Source of the DNA: Chthonomonadales bacterium
Lineage (GTDB): Bacteria; Armatimonadota; Chthonomonadetes; Chthonomonadales; CAJBBX01
DNA: 64,000 bases
NCBI GenBank assembly: GCA_037443035.1
Contig: JBBIPC010000017.1
Location: 26,060 to 90,059, forward strand
Direction: 5' to 3'
In this document: positions 29,391 to 40,182 of the stretch, piece by piece
Layout of the letters: each line of letters starts with the position of its first letter
Position numbering within the stretch: the first letter of the stretch is position 1
The notes under the pieces: model-generated
Database searches by the model: none
Told to the model about the DNA's origin: nothing
The model's input: only the letters and a program-made list of their open reading frames with translations
Program-made: the position numbers and the translations under genes

Positions 29391-30107
29391 TTGAGAATTC
29401 GAGGGTTTACGCTGATCGAACTGCTGGTCGTGATCGCGATCATTGCGATCCTCGCAGCCATCCTGTTCCCTGTCTTTGCTCAGGCGAGGGAGAAAGCACG
29501 GGCAACGAGCTGTCTCTCGAACATGAAGCAGATCGGCCTGGCGTTCAGCATGTACGCCAGCGACCAGGACGGTTGTTATCCGTCCGTCTACGACGACAGC
29601 CTAGGCTATCCGGCGGGCCGGATCATCTGGGCCGACAAGATCAGCCCGTACATCAAGAATCGCCAGATCTTCGCATGCCCCGGCGGACCCAACAACGTCA
29701 ATGTCGATCCGGTGGCAGGAGGCTGGCCGAATAACCTGCAGGGGACCCGCTACTCCATGAACATGGTCCACGGCTGGCACTGGCCCGAAGGGACCCTTAG
29801 TGGAACGGGCTGGGCGTCCATCGAGTATCCGGTGCGGGACAGCATGTTCCGACATCCTGCCGAGACCTCGCTCATCCAGGAGAGCTCCAACGCCTGGTGG
29901 TGCCACTGGCTCTGGCATCCTGGGTGGAACAACTACAGTGTCAACCAGCAGGGCGAGACGATCCTCATCGGCGTGCTGGGCGAGACCATCTATCCGCGCC
30001 ATAGTGGTGGAACGAACATGACCTTCGTGGACGGTCATGCCAAGCACCGCAACACTGCGAGCTTGCTCTCGGACCACCGCTGGTGTACCATCGAGTACGA
30101 GGACTGA
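29391..30107 (+). CDS. prepilin-type N-terminal cleavage/methylation protein with DUF1559 / H-X9-DG motif
   Basis: [41 protein letters not shown] and C-terminal [19 protein letters not shown] start after AAGGAG. Confidence 0.92.
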   Translation: MRIRGFTLIELLVVIAIIAILAAILFPVFAQAREKARATSCLSNMKQIGLAFSMYASDQDGCYPSVYDDSLGYPAGRIIWADKISPYIKNRQIFACPGGPNNVNVDPVAGGWPNNLQGTRYSMNMVHGWHWPEGTLSGTGWASIEYPVRDSMFRHPAETSLIQESSNAWWCHWLWHPGWNNYSVNQQGETILIGVLGETIYPRHSGGTNMTFVDGHAKHRNTASLLSDHRWCTIEYED

Positions 30108-30130
30108 CGAACGGCAGTCAGTAGGCAGTG

Positions 30131-30165
30131 GCAAGACGGGGGCGCCGAAGCCCCCGTCTTGCTTT
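30131..30165 (+). terminator. intrinsic terminator, possibly bidirectional
   Basis: 13-bp stem GCAAGACGGGGGC/GCCCCCGTCTTGC followed by TTT, between convergent genes. Confidence 0.7.
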
Positions 30166-30184
30166 GTGCCGTCGCATCATGGGC

Positions 30185-31249
30185 CTACTCGTCGAAGAGC
30201 GTTCGACCAGGCTCGCACGGTCCAGCGGAACCCCGGTAGGGCTGGCCGATGTGGTCGCAGGCTGGACGGGTAATGCATCTGCCTCTTGGCGTCCGCTGAA
30301 GGAATCCTAGCTGTAGGAGGTACGGTTCGCAGAGGTCTTCGATCGTGTCCCGTTCCTCGCTCAGTGCCGCCGCCAGCGTCTCGACCCCCACCGGGCCGCC
30401 GCCATAGTTCGCTGCAATGGCATGGAGATACCGCTTGTCGAAATCATCCAAGCCCAGTGCGTCAATGCCCAACATGGACATGGTGGCCTCCACTGTCTCG
30501 GGATCCACGATGCCATGAGCTCGGACCTGCGCGTAGTCACGGCAGCGTCGGAGCAGCCGGTTCGCGACCCGCGGAGTGCCTCGAGCACGACGACCGATTT
30601 CGGTCGCTCCTGCAGCAGTTGTTGTGACGCCCAGGATCTCCGAAGATCGGAGTACGATGGTAGCAAGCTCCTCCGGTGTGTAGAACTCGAGGTAGTACTG
30701 CATGCCGAACCTGTCCCGCAGCGGGGATGATACAAGACCTGCCCTGGTCGTCGCGCCAATGAGGGTGAAACGGGGCAGGGGAAGCCGCATGGTGCGTGCG
30801 CTCGGTCCCTTGCCGATGATGAGGTCCAAGGTGAAGTCCTCCATAGCTGGGTAGAGAACTTCTTCGATGGCCCTGCTGAGCCTGTGGATTTCGTCAATGA
30901 AGAGAATGCTGCCGGGTTCCAGGTTTGTCAGGATGGCGGCCAAGTCCCCCGGTCGTTCGATGGCAGGACCGGAGGTGGCGCGGATGGGAGCCTCCATTTC
31001 GTTCGCGCACACATGGCTCAGCGTTGTCTTTCCCAGGCCAGGGGGCCCGTAGAGGAGCAGGTGGTCCAGGGGTTCGGAGCGGGCCCTGGCGGCCTCGATC
31101 GCGACGGCAAGGTTGTCTTTGAGGCGCTGCTGCCCAATGAACTCCCTCAGCCGCCTGGGCCGCAGCGAAAGCTCGTCGGGATCCTCTGGACTGCGCCGTG
31201 GATCCACGAGACGAGTAGGATGCTCACCATCAGCCATCGTTAGCGGCAT
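30185..31249 (-). CDS. ruvB: Holliday junction branch migration helicase RuvB
   Basis: [51 protein letters not shown]. Confidence 0.97.
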   Translation of the reverse strand: MPLTMADGEHPTRLVDPRRSPEDPDELSLRPRRLREFIGQQRLKDNLAVAIEAARARSEPLDHLLLYGPPGLGKTTLSHVCANEMEAPIRATSGPAIERPGDLAAILTNLEPGSILFIDEIHRLSRAIEEVLYPAMEDFTLDLIIGKGPSARTMRLPLPRFTLIGATTRAGLVSSPLRDRFGMQYYLEFYTPEELATIVLRSSEILGVTTTAAGATEIGRRARGTPRVANRLLRRCRDYAQVRAHGIVDPETVEATMSMLGIDALGLDDFDKRYLHAIAANYGGGPVGVETLAAALSEERDTIEDLCEPYLLQLGFLQRTPRGRCITRPACDHIGQPYRGSAGPCEPGRTLFDE

Positions 31250-31252
31250 GTC

Positions 31253-32173
31253 TCAGGCGAAACGGCGCAAGAGCTCATCCAGGAGCGACAGATGGTCGTC
31301 TTCACCCTCAGGATGTTGCCATCTCCTGCGAAGGAATTCCTGCTCGTCCACGATGCTCGGCTTTGACGGGTTCCGATAGAGGACGCCCAGCGGGTAGGCA
31401 TCCTGTTGGGAGGCCAGGGCGAATGCTGCGAGCTTGTCCGTGGGATCATGGTCTGCTGGAATGTCGTACGTCCGGTGCCGGTAGAACTCCTCGGTCTGAT
31501 CCTGATTGAACGTCGGACAGGGAGAGAAGACGTCCACCAGGGCGAATCCCCGGTGCTGGATGGCCTCGACGAGAATGTCGGCGAGTTGATTCGGTCGGTA
31601 GGAGAACCCACGAGCCACGAACGAGCAGTCCATCGCTACGGCAAGCGCCACGGGGTTGATGGAGTCCTCTGTGCTGCCGTATGGTGTGGTCTTCCACCGC
31701 TTCGGGTCAATCCGCGGCTGGACGGACGCCAGGGGGACCATAGATGTTGGTGACACCTGGCCCTTCGTGAGGCCATAGGTGTTGTTGTTCATGATGAGAT
31801 ACGTGACGTCCGGATTGCGTCGCGCAGCATGGGAGAGGTGACCACCGCCAATGGAGTAACCGTCGCCGTCCCCTCCGACGCCGATGACGTTCAGGTCAGG
31901 GCGTGCGCACTTGATGCCGGTGGCCACGGGCAAGACGCGCCCATGTACTCCATGGAATCCGTAAGTCGCAACGAAGCCTGGAAGGCGGGAGGAACAACCA
32001 ATGCCCGAAACGATCACCGTCTTGTCCGGATCTAGATTGCAGACGCTGAGGGCCTTGAAGAGAGCGCTGAGGACGCCGAAATCACCGCATCCTGGGCACC
32101 AGATGGGCGCGAGGTCACTCTTGTAGTCACGCGGTGCTAGTTTCCGGTCGGCAGCGACAGCTAGGTTACTCAT
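31253..32173 (-). CDS. 2-oxoacid:ferredoxin oxidoreductase beta subunit (KorB-like)
   Basis: WCPGCGDFG, SGIGCSS, HGR, GGDGDG, YGLTKGQVSPT. Confidence 0.93.
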   Translation of the reverse strand: MSNLAVAADRKLAPRDYKSDLAPIWCPGCGDFGVLSALFKALSVCNLDPDKTVIVSGIGCSSRLPGFVATYGFHGVHGRVLPVATGIKCARPDLNVIGVGGDGDGYSIGGGHLSHAARRNPDVTYLIMNNNTYGLTKGQVSPTSMVPLASVQPRIDPKRWKTTPYGSTEDSINPVALAVAMDCSFVARGFSYRPNQLADILVEAIQHRGFALVDVFSPCPTFNQDQTEEFYRHRTYDIPADHDPTDKLAAFALASQQDAYPLGVLYRNPSKPSIVDEQEFLRRRWQHPEGEDDHLSLLDELLRRFA

Positions 32174-33990
32174 TGGTGATACCTCCCCTCGTGTGGCGTG
32201 TCAGCAAGTTCACAGATACGTCGGTAGATGTCGCTCGAGAGGAATGGGAGACCATCGTCCTTCCGCAGGGATGCCACGGAGAGGTTCGTGTTCACTTTGA
32301 TCCAGTTGGCGAGCTGTCCGCTCCATGTGAGTTCGGGTACCAGCACCGTCCGGCACCGGGCGGCGAACTCCAGGACCTGCTGCCGGGGAAACGGCTGGAG
32401 CAGCCGCAGATGGAGATGCGCCACCCGAATCCCTTCGCTCTCTGCTCGCTCCGTCGCCTCCCTGATTACGCCTTCCAGCGATCCATAGGCAATGATCCCC
32501 ACGTCAGCCTCATCCGGAGTACCCCAGTGTCGGACCAGCCGATTCGCATGACGTTCCAGCAGGGCTGCCATCTTGCGGAATCGCTTGGCTTTCATGCGCG
32601 TCGCTAGCTCGGGTGTGTAGCCAGGATCACCGACCTCGTCGTGCTCGATGCCTGTGCTGGTGTAGGCACCACCAGGGGTGCCAGGGATCGCCATGGGAGA
32701 GATACCGTCCTCGGTGTCCAAGTAGCGCTTGTAGCCGTTAGCGAGCTCTTCGTCCGTCGGTGTACGGCGGTCTACGAGTTGGAGGTGGCTGACGTCGGGT
32801 GGAGGAACGGTGGAGCGCCGTGTCGCCATGGACTGATCAGAGAGGAGGATGACGGGGCACTGAAACTCCTCCGCTAGGTTGAATGCTTCGATCGTTGTCC
32901 AGAACGTATCTTCCACCGACGAGCAGGCCAGCACCACACGCGGGGATTCGTTGTGCATCCCGTAGATCGCCAGATTGAGGTCACCCTGACTCGTCTTCGT
33001 TGGCAGGCCAGTGCTGGCGCCGCCACGTTGGACGTCGGTGATCACCACAGGAATCTCGGCTTGGCCAGCGAGGTTCGCCAACTCGACCATGAGGCTGAGC
33101 CCTGGCCCCGAGGTGGCAGTCATGGCCCGCTGGCCGGCGTAACTGGCGCCCAGGCACATCCCTAGGGCTGCGATCTCGTCTTCCGCCTGGATGACTGTCC
33201 CGCCGAACGCGGGAAGTTCTCTGGCGAGGAACTCCATGATCTCGGAAGCCGGCGTAATGGGATAGCCTGCGTAGAACTTCAGACCGGCCGCAATGGCACC
33301 CATGCTGAGCATCTGATTGCCTGTCACCATAAGGCGACGCTGGCGCTGCTCGACGGGATGCACAAGCACCGCTCGGTTCGGACCGAGCTGTTCCATGACG
33401 TACCGAGCGCCTGTCTGCAGCGCGCTAACGTTCATGCGTACGACGGGTTCCCCTTTACGTCCGAACACGCGCTGAAGATACACCTCAGCCGGTTCGAGCG
33501 GCGCACCGAGTAGAGCCATGAGCGCACCCAGACCGACGGTGTTCACTGGCGCCGGCAGCCGCTTCAGAATCTCCCCCTCCAACTCGTGACGAATGGCTTC
33601 CTTCTGTTCACGGGCCAGCGTCGTGATGGGAAGTGCGATGTCTGTTCGGTTCGAATCTGGCGGCGGCGTGAACGCATCCGAGTTGTAGAGCAGGATGGCA
33701 TTCTCGCTCAGACCAGAGCCGAACAACGAGAAACCCTCGTCGTTCAATGCCACGAGAATATCCACGCTATCGCCCGGCGACAATGTCACACCACTCTTGC
33801 CGCGGAGCTGGTACATCACCGTACCACCCTTGATCTCAGCAGGAAAGGTCTGAAACGTGTAGATGTCGAGGCCCATCTGGGTGAACATTTCGACCATGAC
33901 ATCGCCGAGGGTCACAGTACCCTCTCCGGACTCACCCACGAGGCGGATCACGACGTCGGTCGCGGTAGACAACGCTGTCTCCTGTGTCAT
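32170..33990 (-). CDS. 2-oxoacid:ferredoxin oxidoreductase alpha subunit (gamma-alpha fusion, KorA-like)
   Basis: GESGEG, PAEIKGG, AGYPITPASE, QAEDEIAA, TATSGPG, QRGGASTGLPTK. Confidence 0.93.
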   Translation of the reverse strand: MTQETALSTATDVVIRLVGESGEGTVTLGDVMVEMFTQMGLDIYTFQTFPAEIKGGTVMYQLRGKSGVTLSPGDSVDILVALNDEGFSLFGSGLSENAILLYNSDAFTPPPDSNRTDIALPITTLAREQKEAIRHELEGEILKRLPAPVNTVGLGALMALLGAPLEPAEVYLQRVFGRKGEPVVRMNVSALQTGARYVMEQLGPNRAVLVHPVEQRQRRLMVTGNQMLSMGAIAAGLKFYAGYPITPASEIMEFLARELPAFGGTVIQAEDEIAALGMCLGASYAGQRAMTATSGPGLSLMVELANLAGQAEIPVVITDVQRGGASTGLPTKTSQGDLNLAIYGMHNESPRVVLACSSVEDTFWTTIEAFNLAEEFQCPVILLSDQSMATRRSTVPPPDVSHLQLVDRRTPTDEELANGYKRYLDTEDGISPMAIPGTPGGAYTSTGIEHDEVGDPGYTPELATRMKAKRFRKMAALLERHANRLVRHWGTPDEADVGIIAYGSLEGVIREATERAESEGIRVAHLHLRLLQPFPRQQVLEFAARCRTVLVPELTWSGQLANWIKVNTNLSVASLRKDDGLPFLSSDIYRRICELADTPHEGRYHQ

Positions 33991-34171
33991 TCGGTATCCC
34001 TCTCAATGGCGAGCTGCGGCTTCAGAACGCGGCGTGCTCGTCGAGTAGAATGGTCTCATACCATAGGTTACCTCTCTTAGCACCGAAAAACGCCTAGGGC
34101 GCATCGGGGGTTCTGTATTGGGGGAGAAGAGTACGTAGACCAGCGCCCGCTGGCGCTCCAGGGAGGCACGG

Positions 34172-37100
34172 ATGAGACATAGGCATACAAGGTTCTTCCG
34201 GTCTTATACGATGGGTTTGTTGCTCGGGGCCGCGTGGCCGGTGGCCCCTGCGACCCCCCAGTTAGCCGTACGTATCGAGAATGCTGGAGATTCCCGGATG
34301 CTGATAGCGCGCATGGTCATTCCTGGTGCCGTCCAGCAGCGCCTTGGGAATGCGGACGGGACCTGCAAACTCGAGCTTCAAGGGTCTCGGGGCCAGTCTG
34401 TATGGGCCTTCCTGGTTCCCGACCCAGTCTCTTCGCAGCCACAGCGAGAGGGCACGCTCGTGTTCGTGGACGCAACGCTGCATAAGCGGGGGGTGTTCAG
34501 GGTTGGCCGGATAGAGACGTGTCAGGCCCGCTCCGTGACAGGAGCGCTGGACGCAACTACCGGTGGCGCCACATGGACGTTCGACGCGTCGAAACAGGGA
34601 GGATTGCCGCACGCTATCCGGTTCACGGAGGCAGGACCGACGAAGGATGTCCAACCCGTTACGAGCTTCGCATGGAATGACCGAGTTCATCATGCGCAGC
34701 GGGGCGGGTGGCTACTGCGCAACGACCGTGCAGCCAAGCTGACCGTGTTGGTAGAGACGCCCCAGCTGACGGTAGTGCGCGTCACGGCCCGATACTGTGG
34801 TGGGGACGGCACTCCAGAGCCCGGCGGTGCTAGGGCCGTATACGATTGGTATCTCTTTCGCAGCACGCCTCGGGTCCTTGTCCAGTCCTTTGTCGAACAG
34901 CGGTACGCACAAGAGTGGCACGAGTTGCACCATCTGGAGTTCAACTTCCCGGACACGCGATTCGTTGCTTGGACCGGCGGTGCAACGAAGGGCGGGGTTT
35001 TCCAGGCAGACAAGAAGGGCTGGCAGACAACTGGCTGGGGGGCGTTGATGGATGGTGACACCGGCCAGGCGCGGTCGGTCCTGGCTTTGCTTGCCCCAGT
35101 GGTGCGGTTCTATGACGGGCGGGGCGAATATGGCACGTACATCCACGGGTTGTGGGATCGGTGGTCCACACGAAGTAGGTTCCTGACGGCATGGCTATGG
35201 GTCGGGACATCGCGGGCGCCAGAGGAGGTCTTGGCGAGGGAAGCGGCGCTGCGGCCCTCCATGGCGATGTTCACTACCGAGGCGCTGGAGCGTCGCATTG
35301 CGGCTCTTCCCTCCAAAGAACGCGGCCAGTGGACAGCCGCCGTGGCTGAGCGCCTCCTGGCAAGAGGAGAACTGGAAATGGCGGAGAAGGTAGCGCAGGC
35401 TGGGGCCACGCCGAGTGCCGCATTTGCGGGTCTCGTCATGGGGCGCGCCGGAGATGCCGGACTGGCCCTCCGTGTGATGGCTGACGGCGTCCGCATCCAC
35501 AGCTTCTACGATCATCGTGCTCGGAAGGAACTGGCGGCTGATAGGCAGCCACCTCTTATCCGCGTGCTCCTCCGTCGGACGAGCGATGGTGCAACGGAAG
35601 AGATCACCTCCGACAGCGGTTGGACAGGCGTCGAGTGCAGTAGATTGCCCAACGGTACCCTCAGTCTGCGCCTCCACACACCGGCCGACAAGCGATTCAC
35701 CGGATTACGCGTTGTCGCGTCGGCACGTCCCGATCCTATTGCGGCCGCGTGGCGGTGGAGCCTACGTGTCGAGAACTCGAACACCGAGTGGGGCATCGAA
35801 AGAGTGGCGTTCCCGCAGATAGCCGTGTTGGCGCCGGATGAGAACACCGTGGCGTTCTATCCCACAGGAGCCGGCGTGCTCACCAGGCTGCAGCGTGGCT
35901 CCTCCATTCAGAAGGAGAGCCTCTACCCGAACGGATGGTGCACGATGCAGTATATGGCCGTGTACTCCGAGGGTCGTGGGCTTGGCATGTACGCCGGTCT
36001 CCACGATCCTGCGGCATCCACTAAGAGCCTCGTCATGTCATCCGATGACGGCGCTGCCGTCACACTCTCCTTCGATTCTCCCGTGCCTGATATGGGGAAG
36101 CCCGGGACCACTTTCGCGATGCCGGGAGAGGGGGTCTGGCAGGTTCTCAGGGGCGATTGGTATGACGCAGCTCGTATCTACCGAGCCTGGATCCGCAAGA
36201 GCGCGCGATGGTTCCCGAAGCTGGGTCCGAATGGGCGCCTTGACACGCCGACGTGGATGAAGGAGCTATGTGCGTGGGCGCAGACCGGAGGCAGTCCCGC
36301 AGATTGTGTGGCAGCAGTCAAGAGCATGCAGCAGGCGCTTGGTGTACCCATCGGATTCCACTGGTACAACTGGCACGAGATCCCCTTCGATAACGACTAT
36401 CCCCACTATTTCCCGACGAAGGCGGGCGTTGCCGAGGCAGTCTCGGACCTGCAATCGCATAATGTGTTCGTGATGCCATACATCAATGGCCGTTTGTGGG
36501 ACACGCGGGACCGCGGTACCGAAGACTACGAGTTCACGTCCAAAGCACTTCCTGCCGCGACGAAGGATCGTGCCGGAGCGCCGTACGTCGAGACGTATGG
36601 GAGCAAGGAAGCGGACGGTAGCCCCGTGAGACTCGCGGTCATGTGCCCCACCACAAGACTCTGGCAGGACACGATCCGCACAATCGTGCTCCGGCTCATG
36701 ACAGAAGTGGGCACGAAAGCGGTCTACATTGACCAGATCTCGGCAGCGCCTCCCGTGTTGTGCATGGACGCTTCCCATGGTCATCCACTGGGCGGGGGGT
36801 CATGGTGGACCGTGGATGGTTACTGGCCGTTCCTGAGGGCGATTCGGAGCGCCATGCCGCCTGACCGCATGATCACGTCGGAGTGCGCCGCGGAATCGTA
36901 CGCGGGCATGCTGGATGGCCAGTTGTCCTGGGAGTGGCAGTACGACGGCATGGTACCGGCACTGCCGGCGGTCTACGGAGGCGCCGTGCAATACTTCGGG
37001 CGCAACTATGGTGCCGGCGCGAGCACCCGGGACCTTGCGCTCTGCATGAAAATGGGACAGCAACTTGTCTACGGTGAGCAGATTGGCTGGCTGGATCCTC

Positions 37101-37534
37101 GCATAGCTACGGAAGCGGTCGCTGGTGCGTTCTTGCGGCTGGTAGTGCGGACCCGCCATCGTTTCGTACGGTACTTCGCCGCCGGCGAAATGGCGCGCCC
37201 GCCGAAGCTCCAGGCAGGGGTTCCGTCGGTTCGCGCCGACTGGGCATGGTACGGCGAGACATGGGTAACAACACCGGCAGTACTGACGGGGGCGTGGGTC
37301 TTGCCGCATGAGCGACGTCTGCTCCTACTGTTCGTGAACGTCAGCGACCGGGAAGTGCGAACCGACTATCAGTGGAACGCCACGACCTATGGCATCTCGT
37401 CAGGTCGCGTGACATGCGCAGTGATCCGAGATCCCGATGAACCGCCCGGCAGCCCAAGACCACTGGCTTCTCGCGCCAGGCTTCCCCTCGTGCTGGGGCC
37501 GCGCAGCCTCGAGGCCTGGGAAGTCCGCTGGTAA
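34172..37534 (+). CDS. large secreted glycoside-hydrolase-like protein (DUF6259-like C-terminal region)
   Basis: Signal-like N-terminus; C-terminal TIM-barrel-like segment with HWYNWH..PFDNDYPHYFP, MPYINGRLWD, VYIDQI and HGHPLGGG. Family assignment is from memory. Confidence 0.65.
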   Translation: MRHRHTRFFRSYTMGLLLGAAWPVAPATPQLAVRIENAGDSRMLIARMVIPGAVQQRLGNADGTCKLELQGSRGQSVWAFLVPDPVSSQPQREGTLVFVDATLHKRGVFRVGRIETCQARSVTGALDATTGGATWTFDASKQGGLPHAIRFTEAGPTKDVQPVTSFAWNDRVHHAQRGGWLLRNDRAAKLTVLVETPQLTVVRVTARYCGGDGTPEPGGARAVYDWYLFRSTPRVLVQSFVEQRYAQEWHELHHLEFNFPDTRFVAWTGGATKGGVFQADKKGWQTTGWGALMDGDTGQARSVLALLAPVVRFYDGRGEYGTYIHGLWDRWSTRSRFLTAWLWVGTSRAPEEVLAREAALRPSMAMFTTEALERRIAALPSKERGQWTAAVAERLLARGELEMAEKVAQAGATPSAAFAGLVMGRAGDAGLALRVMADGVRIHSFYDHRARKELAADRQPPLIRVLLRRTSDGATEEITSDSGWTGVECSRLPNGTLSLRLHTPADKRFTGLRVVASARPDPIAAAWRWSLRVENSNTEWGIERVAFPQIAVLAPDENTVAFYPTGAGVLTRLQRGSSIQKESLYPNGWCTMQYMAVYSEGRGLGMYAGLHDPAASTKSLVMSSDDGAAVTLSFDSPVPDMGKPGTTFAMPGEGVWQVLRGDWYDAARIYRAWIRKSARWFPKLGPNGRLDTPTWMKELCAWAQTGGSPADCVAAVKSMQQALGVPIGFHWYNWHEIPFDNDYPHYFPTKAGVAEAVSDLQSHNVFVMPYINGRLWDTRDRGTEDYEFTSKALPAATKDRAGAPYVETYGSKEADGSPVRLAVMCPTTRLWQDTIRTIVLRLMTEVGTKAVYIDQISAAPPVLCMDASHGHPLGGGSWWTVDGYWPFLRAIRSAMPPDRMITSECAAESYAGMLDGQLSWEWQYDGMVPALPAVYGGAVQYFGRNYGAGASTRDLALCMKMGQQLVYGEQIGWLDPRIATEAVAGAFLRLVVRTRHRFVRYFAAGEMARPPKLQAGVPSVRADWAWYGETWVTTPAVLTGAWVLPHERRLLLLFVNVSDREVRTDYQWNATTYGISSGRVTCAVIRDPDEPPGSPRPLASRARLPLVLGPRSLEAWEVRW

Positions 37535-37548
37535 CTGCAGCAGAAGAC

Positions 37549-39141
37549 CTAATGAGCCAGCGGAATTGTGACCGGCAGTCGCCCGCATGGCTGGAAGCGA
37601 CCCAGGAGCGCATCAGCCAGAGCGCGTAAGCTGCAGCGCTGGTAGCCGTACGTGCACAGGTAGGTCCCGATCTGGGGGAATCGCCTGATATCGAAGGGTT
37701 CGCGGATAGCTACAACCACTAGCCGCTCTGGGTGCAGAGCGTGGATCTTGTGGATCAGTGCGGCCTGCGCGACTTGGTCAATCGGCCGGGTGGCCCAGGG
37801 CTCGCGAGGCGCAGTCAGTGCGAGGATTCGGTCTGCCTGTGCTACATGTGCCAGTGCCTCGTGCATGGCCACTCCAGACACATCCGGATCGAAAACGATG
37901 GGAGTTGTCCGGACACCCCGTTCCGCGAGCAACTGAGCTACATCGCCGGCACCGTGATGCATGGCGACGACGGCCACGGAGGCACTCGCAGGGAATGGCA
38001 CGGCACCACTGTTTCGCACCAACGTGATGGACTCTCGGGCTATCGCCTCCTCGATCCTGTCATGTTGCGGATGCAACCACACGGGATCGCTCGACCTGCT
38101 GGCGCGTACGTATCGGCGCTTGGCCGCCAGTACTCGGCTGGCAGCCTCGTAAAGACGATTCTGCGATAGGATGCCGCTCTCGACGCTGTGCCTAATCGTC
38201 CGGACGGTCTCTATCTGAACGTCCAACGTGTGGCAGACGAGTACGACGTCAGCGCCCGCCTGAAGAGCGCGGACCGCGCCTTGGGGCGTTCCGATAGTCT
38301 CTGCGATGGCAGCCATCTCGAGGCAGTCCGTAATGACAATGCCGCGGTAACCCAGAGTCTCGCGTAGCAGTCCATCGAGGAGGACGGGTGAGATCGTTGC
38401 AGGTCGTTCTGGATCGAGCGCGGGAAAGAGAATGTGGGTCGTCATGACCGACCCCGTTCCTTCTGCCACCGCTGCTTGAAACGGGGGAATCTCGACGGCA
38501 TGGAGCGTCTCGAGGTTCTTGGAGACGACGGGCAATCCTAGATGCGAATCGACGCAGGTATCGCCATGGCCTGGGAAGTGCTTGGCACACGCAAGGACAC
38601 CCTCCTCCTGCAGCCCCAAGACGGCTTCGACTCCGAGTGCTGCAACACGCTGTGGATCCTCGCCGTAGGATCTCACGCCGATAATGGGATTGTCGGGATT
38701 GCTGTTCACATCCACGCACGGTGCGAAGTTCCAACTGACACCTACGGCACGAAGCTCCCTTGCTTGTGCTCGTGCCTGGAGACGAGCCCACTTGTAGGGA
38801 TGCGAGGTGGCTCCGAGTGCCATGTTGCCGGGAAACGCATGAAGCCCGTCGGCGAAGCGGCAGACCATGCCGCCCTCGTGGTCAATAGCGACGAGGAGGG
38901 GTATGCGCGCTAGTCCCTGCAGCTCATGCAACATCGCCCTGGTGCTGACCGGATCGGACACGTTTCGAGATAGGAGGACGACCGAGCCGACGCCGAGCTG
39001 CTCGACAATGAAACGTGCGTGTTCGTTCACCGTATGAGCGTCGGTACCGCTCCAGCCGAAGCAGCACACCTGCCCGATCGCATGTTCCAGATCCAGCTCG
39101 CTGACGTCTGGTACCGACCGCCTAGGCGCGTCGCCGTGCAT
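37549..39141 (-). CDS. nagZ: GH3 beta-N-acetylhexosaminidase (two-domain NagZ-like)
   Basis: KHFPGHGDTCVDSH signature with the Asp-His dyad, ITDCLEM nucleophile, and a C-terminal GH3 domain. Confidence 0.85.
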   Translation of the reverse strand: MHGDAPRRSVPDVSELDLEHAIGQVCCFGWSGTDAHTVNEHARFIVEQLGVGSVVLLSRNVSDPVSTRAMLHELQGLARIPLLVAIDHEGGMVCRFADGLHAFPGNMALGATSHPYKWARLQARAQARELRAVGVSWNFAPCVDVNSNPDNPIIGVRSYGEDPQRVAALGVEAVLGLQEEGVLACAKHFPGHGDTCVDSHLGLPVVSKNLETLHAVEIPPFQAAVAEGTGSVMTTHILFPALDPERPATISPVLLDGLLRETLGYRGIVITDCLEMAAIAETIGTPQGAVRALQAGADVVLVCHTLDVQIETVRTIRHSVESGILSQNRLYEAASRVLAAKRRYVRASRSSDPVWLHPQHDRIEEAIARESITLVRNSGAVPFPASASVAVVAMHHGAGDVAQLLAERGVRTTPIVFDPDVSGVAMHEALAHVAQADRILALTAPREPWATRPIDQVAQAALIHKIHALHPERLVVVAIREPFDIRRFPQIGTYLCTYGYQRCSLRALADALLGRFQPCGRLPVTIPLAH

Positions 39142-39319
39142 GGTATGACTCCTCCCGGTGAATGTGCTGGCATCCTTTACAGCCCGGAGTGTAGATTTCC
39201 TGCCGCCGAAGATGGCGCTGGCACGCAGGACCGCCGCTGCCGCGCATGGAATAGATGGGGCGTTGGACCGTGGCGGTATGCCTACGGCCTGAGGTAAGTA
39301 ACTAAGGAGGTATCGAACA

Positions 39320-40075
39320 ATGGCATCAGCAGCACCGCTTCGGGTGCTCGTCTGGGACGAGGCGCCACCGCATGCTCCAAAGGAGGTCTATCCCTCGAGC
39401 ATCAACGGGGCTGTGGCGGAAGGACTGCGCAAGTTCGGCGGAGCGTCTCTGATAGTCCGGACCGCCAACCTAGACGACCCTGAGCAGGGGTGTTCCGAGG
39501 CTTCGCTTGCCGATACAGATGTCCTTCTATGGTGGGGTCATGCCCGGCACGGCGAGGTGACAGACGAGACTGCGGAGCGGGTGGTTCGGCGCGTTGTAGA
39601 GGGCGGCATGGGCTTCGTGGCTCTCCATTCGGCTCATTATTCGAAGCCCTTCCAGCGCATACTGCAAGCACCTGGCCATCTGAAGGGTGGCTGGCGAGAG
39701 CTCAACCCCATGGAACCCGAGGAGATCCGCGTCTGCGCACCTTGGCACCCCATCGCGGCCGGTATCACCGACTTCACGTTGGCGCACGAAGAGATGTACG
39801 GTGCGCCGTTCGACGTCCCGCCGGCTCTCGTTCTCGTGTTCCAGTCTCACTTCCCCTACGATGGCAAGACGTTCCCCAGCGGCATATGCTGGACCGTGGG
39901 CGAGGGAAAGACCCCCGGATTCACCTCTGGACCTGGCGGGGGCGTGGGAGAAGGTTTGGGGAAGGCTCGTGTGTTCTACTTCCGTCCGGGCCACGAGACT
40001 GTGCCAACCTATTACAGCGAAACGGTGCAGCGGATCATCACGAATGCCGTCTTGTGGTGTGGGCATCGCACTTAG
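39320..40075 (+). CDS. ThuA-like (class I glutamine amidotransferase fold) protein
   Basis: DVLLWWGH, GMGFVALHSAHYSKPF, EEMY, FYFRPGHET. Confidence 0.88.
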   Translation: MASAAPLRVLVWDEAPPHAPKEVYPSSINGAVAEGLRKFGGASLIVRTANLDDPEQGCSEASLADTDVLLWWGHARHGEVTDETAERVVRRVVEGGMGFVALHSAHYSKPFQRILQAPGHLKGGWRELNPMEPEEIRVCAPWHPIAAGITDFTLAHEEMYGAPFDVPPALVLVFQSHFPYDGKTFPSGICWTVGEGKTPGFTSGPGGGVGEGLGKARVFYFRPGHETVPTYYSETVQRIITNAVLWCGHRT

Positions 40076-40182
40076 GCGAGGCGTGCCAGTCACGGGAGTA
40101 CCTAATGGTCGGGAGCGCGAGAAGGATGAGCGACGTGTGTTCTGGGCGCTCCCACCGCATTCTCTGTCTCGAGGTGACTTGA

